This document shows, piece by piece, positions 40,840-50,006 of a stretch of DNA of 64,000 nucleotides (position 1 is the first letter of the stretch; each line of letters begins with the position of its first letter). The stretch lies in NCBI GenBank assembly GCA_003349885.1, contig QFXC01000011.1, positions 449,977-513,976 on the forward strand, given 5' to 3'. A program made the translations under genes and the position numbers. The stretch is from an endosymbiont of Galathealinum brachiosum. Its GTDB lineage: Bacteria > Pseudomonadota > Gammaproteobacteria > SZUA-229. Below the pieces are notes generated by a model. The model worked only from the letters and a program-made list of their open reading frames with translations. It was not told the DNA's origin and ran no database searches.

Positions 40840-42165
40840 ATGTCTAGTTTAATTACAAAAGCTCAAGAGTTCGCAACGACAGAACATCAACGAATTAATC
40901 ACGTACGTAAATATTCTAATTTACCCTATCAGACACACCTACAAGCTGTAGCGAAACTTGTGTCAACAGTTACTGATGATGAAGAAATGATTGCAGCGGC
41001 ATGGTTGCATGACACTGTTGAGGATACACCAGCAACATTAGGTGATATTGAAAAAGCCTTCGGAATTCATGTTGCTGAACTTGTTGAAGAGTTAACGGAT
41101 GTTAGTAAGCCGTCAGATGGAAATAGAGCAACGCGAAAAGAAATAGATCGTCAACATCTTGCAACAGCATCACGTAGAGCTAAAACGATTAAGTTGGCAG
41201 ATTTAATTCATAATTGTGCTGATATAGTAAAAAATGATGAGAAATTTGCAAGAACTTTTATTTCAGAAATGAAGGCTCTTTTAGAGGTATTGTCAACAGG
41301 TGATAAAACGTTGTTTAAACGGGCTCAGAATCTCATAAGTAAAAGTAGTGAAAAATTAGGTATAGATCCATCGATAGAAAGATTAGTAGAACCAGTTAAT
41401 AGCGTTTTACTAAATTTAATTGGATTTTCTGATTTACATTTTAAGGATAAATATCTTCAATTATTTACAGCAAGAGATGTAGCGGAAAGTTTACTGTCTT
41501 TTGATAGTGATGCATTAATAGATGAAGCGGATAAAGCTTTTAATTATCATAGACAAAGTGTTGCAAGTATTAGAATAAATGGCAGAGTTCAGGGTTATGT
41601 AAAGCAGAGTCGTTTAAAAGGCGAGGTATGTGGTGATAGCATGCGACACTTTACAGTTGATCAGGTGATACGAGGAACAGCTAGTTTAAGTGATGTAATA
41701 CATGTTTTAACAAGGCATGATTTTTGTTTTGTTAATATATTTGGCGAAGTAACTGGTGTTGTTACTCGAGAAGATATTAATAAGCCACAGGTAAGAATGT
41801 GGCTGTTTGGTCTGGTTACTATGATTGAAACTTCTATAACAGAACTTATTGATAGAGTGTACCCGGATGAAGCCTGGAAACAAATTATGTCAAAAGGTCG
41901 GCTGGAGAAAATGGAAGAAATCTGGTCAGAACGAAAACGAAGAAATTTGCATTGCCAGCTAATTGAATGTCTACAGTTTTCAGATAAAGCAGGAATTTTA
42001 ATTACAGATAAAGCTTCTCTTGAGCAAATGGGTTTTGAAACGGGTAAGCAAGCTAAGAAGGTTATAAAAGAGCTTGAATCTTTAAGAAACCATCTTGCTC
42101 ATTCTCAGGATATTGTTTCTCATGATTGGGCACAAATTGCCCGCCTAGTGAATCGCTTAAGTTGA
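40840..42165 (+). CDS. HD (RelA/SpoT hydrolase-like) - CBS pair - Swt1-like HEPN fusion protein
   Basis: PY..H...V, WLHDTVED and KLADLIHN (HD); TARDVAESL...TGVVTREDIN (CBS pair); LQFSDK...LRNHLAH (HEPN RxxxxH at 42085-42102). Confidence 0.8.
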   Translation: MSSLITKAQEFATTEHQRINHVRKYSNLPYQTHLQAVAKLVSTVTDDEEMIAAAWLHDTVEDTPATLGDIEKAFGIHVAELVEELTDVSKPSDGNRATRKEIDRQHLATASRRAKTIKLADLIHNCADIVKNDEKFARTFISEMKALLEVLSTGDKTLFKRAQNLISKSSEKLGIDPSIERLVEPVNSVLLNLIGFSDLHFKDKYLQLFTARDVAESLLSFDSDALIDEADKAFNYHRQSVASIRINGRVQGYVKQSRLKGEVCGDSMRHFTVDQVIRGTASLSDVIHVLTRHDFCFVNIFGEVTGVVTREDINKPQVRMWLFGLVTMIETSITELIDRVYPDEAWKQIMSKGRLEKMEEIWSERKRRNLHCQLIECLQFSDKAGILITDKASLEQMGFETGKQAKKVIKELESLRNHLAHSQDIVSHDWAQIARLVNRLS

Positions 42166-42170
42166 ATAAC

Positions 42171-43352
42171 ATGAAAAACCATTATGATGTTATTGTGATC
42201 GGTGCTGGAGCAGCAGGTTTGTTTTGTGCATTTAATAGTGCGATAAGAAATAAACGAGTGTTAGTGTTAGACCATGCTAATAAGGTGGGTAAGAAAATTT
42301 TAATGTCCGGTGGTGGACGTTGTAATTTTACAAATTTGAACACGATGTATGATGACTTTACATCAGAAAATATACATTTTGTAAAATCAGCTCTAAATCA
42401 ATATAGTGCTTATGATTATCTTAATTTAGTAGAGAGTCATAATATTGAGTATGTAGAAAAGTCACCTGGGCAGTTATTTTGTAAAAATAGCTCAAAAGAT
42501 ATTCTAAAAATGTTACTTGATGAATGCGCAAAAGCATCGGTAAAGATCTTTAAAAAATGCAGCATTAATAAGATCAATAAGAGTGATATTTATAGTATTG
42601 AAACAAATGTTGAAAATTATACTGCAAATTCATTAGTTGTTGCTACGGGAGGTCTGTCAATACCTACACTGGGAGCAACAGGATTTGGATATGAAATTGC
42701 CCAACAATTTGGCCATAAAATAGTTAAAACTAACGCATCTTTAGTGCCATTTACTTTAAGCAAAAAAATTCTGGATAAACAGAAAGAGTTGTCAGGTGTA
42801 TCATTACCGGTATTAGTAAGTAACAAAAATCATAATGTAGAAGATGATTTGTTATTTACTCATCGGGGTTTAAGTGGCCCGGCAATTCTTAAAATGTCTG
42901 TATACTGGAAATTTGGTGAAGAAATATTAATAGACTTGCTTCCATCTAAAAATATAAAAGAAGTGATAAAGTCAGAAAGGCTTAAGCATCCTGATAAATT
43001 ATTGATTAATAGTTTATCAGTAGTATTGCCAAAACGACTGGTTTTATATCTCTGCAATGAAAATTTAAAAGAATTAAAGTTAAAACAGCTGGATAAACCC
43101 GTAATTGATCAGTTAGTTAAAACCATACATGAATGGACGGTGACTCCATCTGGCACAGAAGGTTACAAAACAGCAGAAGTAACCTCAGGTGGTATAAGTA
43201 CTGAAGATATATCATCTAAAACATTAGAATCAAAGTTGCACAACAATTTATATTTTATTGGTGAAGTTCTGGATGTTACGGGACAGCTAGGAGGTTATAA
43301 CTTTCAGTGGGCGTGGTCTTCAGCATGGTGTGCGTCACAGGCTGTCAAATGA
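42171..43352 (+). CDS. HI0933/YhiN-family flavoprotein
   Basis: IGAGAAG, KILMSGGGRCNFTN, ATGGLS.P, LLFTHRGLSGP, GGYNFQWAWSS; ATG 42171. Confidence 0.95.
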   Translation: MKNHYDVIVIGAGAAGLFCAFNSAIRNKRVLVLDHANKVGKKILMSGGGRCNFTNLNTMYDDFTSENIHFVKSALNQYSAYDYLNLVESHNIEYVEKSPGQLFCKNSSKDILKMLLDECAKASVKIFKKCSINKINKSDIYSIETNVENYTANSLVVATGGLSIPTLGATGFGYEIAQQFGHKIVKTNASLVPFTLSKKILDKQKELSGVSLPVLVSNKNHNVEDDLLFTHRGLSGPAILKMSVYWKFGEEILIDLLPSKNIKEVIKSERLKHPDKLLINSLSVVLPKRLVLYLCNENLKELKLKQLDKPVIDQLVKTIHEWTVTPSGTEGYKTAEVTSGGISTEDISSKTLESKLHNNLYFIGEVLDVTGQLGGYNFQWAWSSAWCASQAVK

Positions 43353-43517
43353 GAGTTATTACTTTTATTTAAAGTGCAAATAATAGTGATGTTACATTAC
43401 TGAATATGTGAGCATTTACTCATTAATGAATTTGTTGATTTAAAGCTGTATTAATTTAAGCATAAATCTGGCAAGGTATAATGCGATTCATCAAACAGGA
43501 TGTGGGAATATTTAATA

Positions 43518-44327
43518 ATGAAATTAATATGGGTTATTTTACTTACCGTTATTTCAGCTTCAGTCTTAGCAGAAGATAGTTTTCCAGGACGTAAACTGTA
43601 TCCCAGTGTCCCATTTATTGAGCTAGACGATCTCTATAAACAGATAAATGATGTTGTAATAATAGATGCCAGATCAAAATATGAATATGAAACCCTGAAG
43701 ATCAAATCGGCCGTATCTATCCCGCTTGCATTATCAACCAAACGATTCCAGAAAAGAATGATGACAATAAGACAGGAAAATCCAGAGAAGAAACTGGTGT
43801 TTTACTGTAATGGTCATAAATGTATGAAATCATATAAAGCTGCAAAACGCAGTATCTCATATCTTGGTTTAAATAATATTTTTGCATATGATGCAGGTGT
43901 TTTTGAATGGGCCAAGAAATATCCTGCTGAATCTCTACTATTAGGGGAGGTACTAGTAAGTCCGGATAAGCTTATATCAAAAAGCGCATTTACAGAGCAC
44001 CTTCTTCCAGGAGAAGCATTCATCAAAAATGCCAATTCTGAAGTCACTATACTGGATATCAGAGATAGAATAGAGAGAGATGGATTTTATATATTTTCTG
44101 GTGAGGAAAATTCGATTAGTCTGGATAAGCGAGAAAAATCAAAACTTGATAAGCTTATTGCATCTGTAAAAAAGAGTAATAAAACACTTTTTGTATATGA
44201 TATGGTCGGTAAACAGGTTAGATGGTTTCAATACTATCTTGAGTCTAAAGGTATAAAAAAATACTATTTTATGAAAGGTGGAGCAGATGCCTTTTTTGAT
44301 ATCCCGCTCAACAAACTAATAGATTAA
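43518..44327 (+). CDS. Exported tandem rhodanese-domain protein
   Basis: Signal VLA|ED; domain 1 IIDAR...FYCNGHKC; domain 2 LDIRD...FVYDMVG. Confidence 0.8.
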   Translation: MKLIWVILLTVISASVLAEDSFPGRKLYPSVPFIELDDLYKQINDVVIIDARSKYEYETLKIKSAVSIPLALSTKRFQKRMMTIRQENPEKKLVFYCNGHKCMKSYKAAKRSISYLGLNNIFAYDAGVFEWAKKYPAESLLLGEVLVSPDKLISKSAFTEHLLPGEAFIKNANSEVTILDIRDRIERDGFYIFSGEENSISLDKREKSKLDKLIASVKKSNKTLFVYDMVGKQVRWFQYYLESKGIKKYYFMKGGADAFFDIPLNKLID

Positions 44328-44343
44328 TATTTCGACTTAATGC

Positions 44344-45066
44344 CTAATCAAGCCAGCCACCTGTGGCTTGTATGGGTTGTAAGTTACCAGGTGCATTAAT
44401 CCAGATAGCTAATGCGTAACGCTGGCTAACAAAATTACTTGTAGTTTCCAGTTCTATATCCCATGTACCATTCTTAGAAAGTTTCGATATTTTATTTAAA
44501 ACGATGAAATTTTCAGAAAATAATTCACCACTATTTTCTCCGTGTTTCACATCTGTTTTAATTGAAAAACCTAATAAAGCAACATTAAGATTCAAAGGGA
44601 TTTTGTGTTTGTAATGTACATGTAAGTTATTGTCATTTAAGTCAGCAGACAGAATGCCTGGTTTAACCAGAGACTCTGGTAAGGTCTTACCACGATACCA
44701 GCCACGCCACTCATTACCGTTAGCTATCATACCCGGTGTATAAACCGAGCTGACCCCGCCCTGATAATGATAGGTTCTTTGTCTCTGAGAATACTGCTTT
44801 TTAGAGAAAGGATCCTTCCATCCCAGATAGTCCCAGTAATCAACATGAAAAACAAGGGGTATGAAATCAATCCATAAACCCGGGTTATCAATTTGTCTGG
44901 AAATCCAGCGTTCTGCTGGAGGGCAACTGCTACAACCCTGGGATGAATACAGTTCGAGTAGCTGGGTATTAGCACTCGTACTCTGGAATGTTTGTGCCTG
45001 ACCGGTTAGTACATACCCGACAGTAAGGCTTAATATCAGGTTTAGCGTAATAATGGCATTTTTCAT
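44344..45066 (-). CDS. DUF1223 thioredoxin-like exported protein
   Basis: LELYSSQGCSSCPPA, FHVDYWDYLGWKDPF, VYTPG. Confidence 0.92.
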   Translation of the reverse strand: MKNAIITLNLILSLTVGYVLTGQAQTFQSTSANTQLLELYSSQGCSSCPPAERWISRQIDNPGLWIDFIPLVFHVDYWDYLGWKDPFSKKQYSQRQRTYHYQGGVSSVYTPGMIANGNEWRGWYRGKTLPESLVKPGILSADLNDNNLHVHYKHKIPLNLNVALLGFSIKTDVKHGENSGELFSENFIVLNKISKLSKNGTWDIELETTSNFVSQRYALAIWINAPGNLQPIQATGGWLD

Positions 45067-45179
45067 AATCTCTCTCCGTATTACATAGAGTGAGTAAAGT
45101 AAGGGCAGTTCAACGATGTTAATATTTTGTGATAAATATTAAATATTTAAGCAGGAAAAATGGTGCTAGTTTTGAAAAA

Positions 45180-45566
45180 TTATGACTTCTCGCCATTTAG
45201 GCAGGCTTCAATTGCATCTTCAGGTGTATCATGTAAGAACGCACCCTGTAGAGGATACAGATCATTAAGTTTACTAACAAATTGACTTTCCTCTTTCAGT
45301 ACAAAAACAATCGTTTTTGTATCGGGACTGTATTTGGGTAATGATGATAGTAGAACATCGAGATTACTAACATTAACGCCAGCATAATTATTGCCATAAC
45401 CATAAAAAAATTCCGCCACGATAAAATCAGGTTTATATGTTTTTAAGGCTTTAATGGCATTTCGGCTTGAATTAACCTTAATTTCACGCGCACCCATCTG
45501 TTTATACAAATTACTTAATTTTGGATGGGTTGGGGACTCAATAATTGAGAGTATTGTCAGGTTCAT
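45180..45566 (-). CDS. Hypothetical protein, atypical receiver-like fold
   Basis: KPDFIVAEFFYGYGNNYAGVNVSNLD; ATG 45566 preferred over 45629. Confidence 0.6.
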   Translation of the reverse strand: MNLTILSIIESPTHPKLSNLYKQMGAREIKVNSSRNAIKALKTYKPDFIVAEFFYGYGNNYAGVNVSNLDVLLSSLPKYSPDTKTIVFVLKEESQFVSKLNDLYPLQGAFLHDTPEDAIEACLNGEKS

Positions 45567-45651
45567 AATATTTCTATGGTGTGAAAAACATAATAATACT
45601 ATCAGGCTCTGATAAAATACACGCCACATAACAGGAATTTACAGAAGTACT

Positions 45652-47547
45652 ATGGCATTACTCACTCTACGCAATATCAATCTGGGCTTTGGCGGGCCGA
45701 ATTTATTTGACTCTCTGAATCTGCAGATAGACCCCAAAGAACGTTTATGTCTATTAGGGCGTAACGGAGAGGGTAAATCGACTCTGATGAAGCTTATCGG
45801 AGGCATGGTAAAAGCGGATGAGGGGAGTATTGAGCAACAGCAGAATCTAAAAATTGCCTATCTAACACAGGATATTCCAGATGATATTGAAGGCAGTGTT
45901 TATGATGTGGTTTCATCCGGACTGGAAGGTGTAGGTGAAATTTTAAAGAATTATCATCATTGTAGCCTCGAATTAGCGGAAGATTACACTGATCAAAAGA
46001 TGGAAGAGTTATCTCGGATTCAGCATGAATTAGAAGCAGTAGACGGCTGGAGTCTGTCGCAACAGGTTGAAACGACCATCTCACAACTGGAGTTACCGGC
46101 AGATGATGAGTTTAGTTCGTTATCCGGAGGTTTAAAGCGTCGGGTGTTGTTGGGAAGAGCGCTGGTTACTACACCAGATTTGTTATTACTGGATGAGCCG
46201 ACTAATCATCTGGATGTTGAAGCCATACAATGGATAGAAGAGTTTCTGCTTAACTGGAATGGTAGTGTGTTATTTGTGACCCACGATAGGTCATTCCTGA
46301 GAAGGCTGGCAACAAGAATTATAGAGCTAGATCGTGGCAAGTTAACCTCCTGGCCGGGCAATTATGAAACGTACCTTGTGCGTAAACAGGAGTCACTTGA
46401 AAACGAAGAAAAGGAGAATGCACTTTTTGATAAACGCCTAGCTCAGGAAGAAGTATGGATTCGTCAGGGCATAAAAGCCCGTCGTACTCGCAACGAAGGT
46501 CGGGTGCGTGCACTTAAAGCGATGCGTAATGAGCGATCGGCAAGACGAGAGCAGAAAGGTCAGGTCAATATGCAGGTTTCAGCTCAGGATAGTTCGGGCA
46601 AACGAGTCATTGAAGCTGAGAACCTTACTTATAGTTATGGAGATATGCCTATCGTTAAGGGCTTAACAACATTAATTACCAGAGGTGATCGAATAGGTAT
46701 TATCGGGCCAAATGGTGTTGGTAAATCAACCCTGATTAAACTAATGTTAGGCGAGTTACAGCCTGACGAAGGTAAAGTTGAACTAGGAACAAAACTTGAG
46801 ATTGCTTATTTTGATCAGCTTCGTTCAGAGTTAGATTTACAAAAAAGTGTGCGAGATAATTTAGCGCCAGGCACCGATAAAATTACAGTTGCAGGCCGGG
46901 AAAAACATGTCATGAGTTACCTCAGTGATTTTCTGTTTGCCCCAACACGTGCAAATTCACCAGTAAGCACTTTATCCGGTGGTGAACGTAACCGATTAAT
47001 GCTGGCCAAATTATTTGCAAAACCATTTAATCTTCTGGTAATGGATGAGCCAACTAATGACCTGGACGTAGAAACTCTAGAATTACTTGAAGACCTGTTA
47101 ATGTCATATGAAGGTACTTTGATCTTAATCAGTCATGACCGTGCTTTTTTAGATAATGTAGTAACAAGTACATTGGTCTTTGAAGGAAATGCGCAGGTTA
47201 ATGAATATGTAGGTGGGTATGAGGACTGGCTAAGGCAGTTTAAAAATAAATTTAGCAGGAAAAAAGACAAAAAAGAGAAACAGGTAAAGACAGAAGTAAA
47301 ACCAGTAGAGCAGAACAAACCAGTTAAGAAACGTACATTTAAAGAACAAAAAGAATTAGAAGAGCTGCCGGTATTAATTGAAACACTGGATGCAGAAATG
47401 GCTGAGATAACAGAAAAAATGGCTGAACCTAAATTTTATCAGCAGAATAAAGAAATTATTGCGATAACTACAACGCGTGTTTCAGAAATAGAGTATGCAT
47501 TAAAACAGGCCTATGAGCGCTGGGAGCAGTTAGAGGATACAGAATGA
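45652..47547 (+). CDS. uup: ABC-F ATPase Uup
   Basis: Two ABC domains (GRNGEGKST/LSGG/DEPTNHLD; GPNGVGKST/LSGGE), EEVWIRQGIKARRTRNEGRVRAL linker, C-terminal coiled coil. Confidence 0.95.
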   Translation: MALLTLRNINLGFGGPNLFDSLNLQIDPKERLCLLGRNGEGKSTLMKLIGGMVKADEGSIEQQQNLKIAYLTQDIPDDIEGSVYDVVSSGLEGVGEILKNYHHCSLELAEDYTDQKMEELSRIQHELEAVDGWSLSQQVETTISQLELPADDEFSSLSGGLKRRVLLGRALVTTPDLLLLDEPTNHLDVEAIQWIEEFLLNWNGSVLFVTHDRSFLRRLATRIIELDRGKLTSWPGNYETYLVRKQESLENEEKENALFDKRLAQEEVWIRQGIKARRTRNEGRVRALKAMRNERSARREQKGQVNMQVSAQDSSGKRVIEAENLTYSYGDMPIVKGLTTLITRGDRIGIIGPNGVGKSTLIKLMLGELQPDEGKVELGTKLEIAYFDQLRSELDLQKSVRDNLAPGTDKITVAGREKHVMSYLSDFLFAPTRANSPVSTLSGGERNRLMLAKLFAKPFNLLVMDEPTNDLDVETLELLEDLLMSYEGTLILISHDRAFLDNVVTSTLVFEGNAQVNEYVGGYEDWLRQFKNKFSRKKDKKEKQVKTEVKPVEQNKPVKKRTFKEQKELEELPVLIETLDAEMAEITEKMAEPKFYQQNKEIIAITTTRVSEIEYALKQAYERWEQLEDTE

Positions 47548-49922
47548 CGAAGTATTTGATTCACGGTTTAGTTGTTGTTTTTTCATTGCTTATCGTCTCA
47601 TGTGGAAGTGATAAAGAAAGTATAACGAAGCAGCAGTCTGATATTGAATATGATATTTTATTAAAAGGAGGAGAGAAAAATATCTCCTTTATAAATCAGG
47701 CAAGACCCGTTTTAGAAAAGCGTTGTATTGTGTGTCATGGATGTTATGACGCACCATGCCAGTTAAAGTTGACTTCAATAGAAGGGATTAAACGCGGTGC
47801 GAATCCTGAAAAAGTATATAATTCGGAAAGAATTATTGCGGCACAACCTACACGGTTATTTATAGATGCAAAGTCTGAAGAAGAATGGCGAGAAAAAGGT
47901 TTCAACTCTGTTTTAAATGAACAGGAAAATAACGAGATTAATAATTTACGTCACTCTGTGCTGTACAAAATGCTGCGTCTGAAACAGCTTAATCCCCAGC
48001 CAAGAGTGGGCATGATAGATGAAAAAATTGATCTAGGCCTAAACAGGGAACAGACGTGCCCGGTTAATGAAGAGTTTAATGATTATGCTGAAGAATTTCC
48101 CTTTCAGGGTATGCCATTTGCCACTCCCAACTTATCAGATGACGAATATCATATATTAGTTAAGTGGATCTCTCAGGGTATGCCAGATGATAGTCAGATA
48201 ACTTTTACTGAATCAACCCAAAATCAGATTAAGACATGGGAAGATTTTTTAAATAAAAAAGGATTGAAATACCAGCTGATAAGTCGTTATTTGTATGAGC
48301 ATTTGTTTATGGCTCATCTTAATTTTAAAGGTGAAAGTAGTCGTGAATTTTTTCGTATTGTTCGTTCATCTACACCTGCAGGACAAACGATAAATGAAAT
48401 AGCAACTATTCGCCCATATGACTACCCCGGTCCGGATTCCTTTTATTATCGTTTACGATATGAGGAATCGTCTATAGTAGATAAATCACATGTTGTTTAT
48501 CAGTTGTCAGATAAAAAGCTAGAAAGATTCAAAGAGTTATTTATTAATCCAGATTATAAAGTTGATAAATTACCATCATATGAGGCAGCGGTTGCATCTA
48601 ATCCTATAAGAACATTTGCAGATATACCTGTTGAATCTCGATATCGTTTTTTACTTGATGATGCAAAGTTTTTCATTGATGGTTTTATAAAAGGCCCTGT
48701 ATGTAGAGGGCAGGTCGCATTAAATGTTATCGAAGATAATTTCTGGGTTTTTTTTAGCGACCCGAAAAAATTACGTGTTAATCATAATACTGAATATTTG
48801 AAGGAAATCGCAGGTGATTTTAATCTGCCGGCAGAGCAGGGTAATACATATAATCCATTTAGTATCTGGACAAATTACTGGGAATTACAACGCGACAATA
48901 TGCTTAAGCGTCAGGAAGAATATATTAAACTACCTAAAATGAATCTTGATAAAGCGCTCGAGTTTATATGGGATGGTAGTGATAGTTTAAACAAAAATAA
49001 TAACGCATTAACAGTATTCAGACATTTTGATAGCGCAACAGTGAAGCAGGGGTTGCTAGGTGATTACCCTGAGACGGCCTGGGTAATTGATTACCCGATT
49101 TTTGAGAGAATACATTATTTACTGGTTGCAGGATATGATGTTAGCGGAAATGTAGGCCACCAGTTTAATACCAGAATATATATGGATTTTTTACGCATGG
49201 AAGCAGAAAACACCTTTCTGGCTTTTTTGCCGGTTAAACATAGAAGAGAAATTCGAGCGTCGTGGTATAAGGGAATACGTGAAGGCTTGCAGCCGTATTT
49301 CAAAGAGCCTGATGACTGGTTAAATGTGCAGATAGTAAACGGGTTTAAGACGAATGACCCGCAAATGGAGTTTTATAGAAAAATTGAACAAAGATTAAGT
49401 GCCTCAGACAAAAACATTGATCTTATTAATCGCTGTAAGGGGGTTAAATGTAATGTTAAAAATAAATTGTCGGAAATGGAAAGGCATATTCAACGCATAG
49501 CAAAAATTAAAGGTGAAAGATTAAGTATATTTCCAGACACAGCTTTCTTAAAGGTAATATCAGAAAAAGAAACGCAGGTGTATACCATTATAAATAATAA
49601 AGGTTATAAAAATATTAGTTCTCTTTTAAGTGATACGGAGAACAGAGATAAGCACTCAGATACACTGACTATATATAAAGGGTTGCTCGGATCTTATCCA
49701 AACTTCTTTTTTGTTGTTAATGAAAATAAATTAAGTGATTTTGCGAATGAAATTATTGCTATTAGCTCAAGAGATGATTATGAACGTTTTGTTGGTCGTT
49801 ATGGAGTGCGTAGAACATCTTCAGATTTCTGGAAAGAGGCGGACTGGTTTAATGAGCAGTTTGCAAAACAGGATCCGGTAGATTACGGAATATTTGATTT
49901 GTATCGATATAACAATCGTTGA
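47544..49922 (+). CDS. cti: Fatty acid cis/trans isomerase
   Basis: RCIVCHGCYDAPCQLKL heme motif, YLYEHLF, FIKGPVCRGQVAL, FRHFDSA; lipobox LIVS|C. Confidence 0.93.
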   Translation: MTKYLIHGLVVVFSLLIVSCGSDKESITKQQSDIEYDILLKGGEKNISFINQARPVLEKRCIVCHGCYDAPCQLKLTSIEGIKRGANPEKVYNSERIIAAQPTRLFIDAKSEEEWREKGFNSVLNEQENNEINNLRHSVLYKMLRLKQLNPQPRVGMIDEKIDLGLNREQTCPVNEEFNDYAEEFPFQGMPFATPNLSDDEYHILVKWISQGMPDDSQITFTESTQNQIKTWEDFLNKKGLKYQLISRYLYEHLFMAHLNFKGESSREFFRIVRSSTPAGQTINEIATIRPYDYPGPDSFYYRLRYEESSIVDKSHVVYQLSDKKLERFKELFINPDYKVDKLPSYEAAVASNPIRTFADIPVESRYRFLLDDAKFFIDGFIKGPVCRGQVALNVIEDNFWVFFSDPKKLRVNHNTEYLKEIAGDFNLPAEQGNTYNPFSIWTNYWELQRDNMLKRQEEYIKLPKMNLDKALEFIWDGSDSLNKNNNALTVFRHFDSATVKQGLLGDYPETAWVIDYPIFERIHYLLVAGYDVSGNVGHQFNTRIYMDFLRMEAENTFLAFLPVKHRREIRASWYKGIREGLQPYFKEPDDWLNVQIVNGFKTNDPQMEFYRKIEQRLSASDKNIDLINRCKGVKCNVKNKLSEMERHIQRIAKIKGERLSIFPDTAFLKVISEKETQVYTIINNKGYKNISSLLSDTENRDKHSDTLTIYKGLLGSYPNFFFVVNENKLSDFANEIIAISSRDDYERFVGRYGVRRTSSDFWKEADWFNEQFAKQDPVDYGIFDLYRYNNR

Positions 49923-50006
49923 GGTGAAATATAATACGTAGGTAGGTAGTGAGAAAATTATGATATAAAATCATAAGGTTAAGGCTAAGTTGATGATGGA
50001 TTAGAT

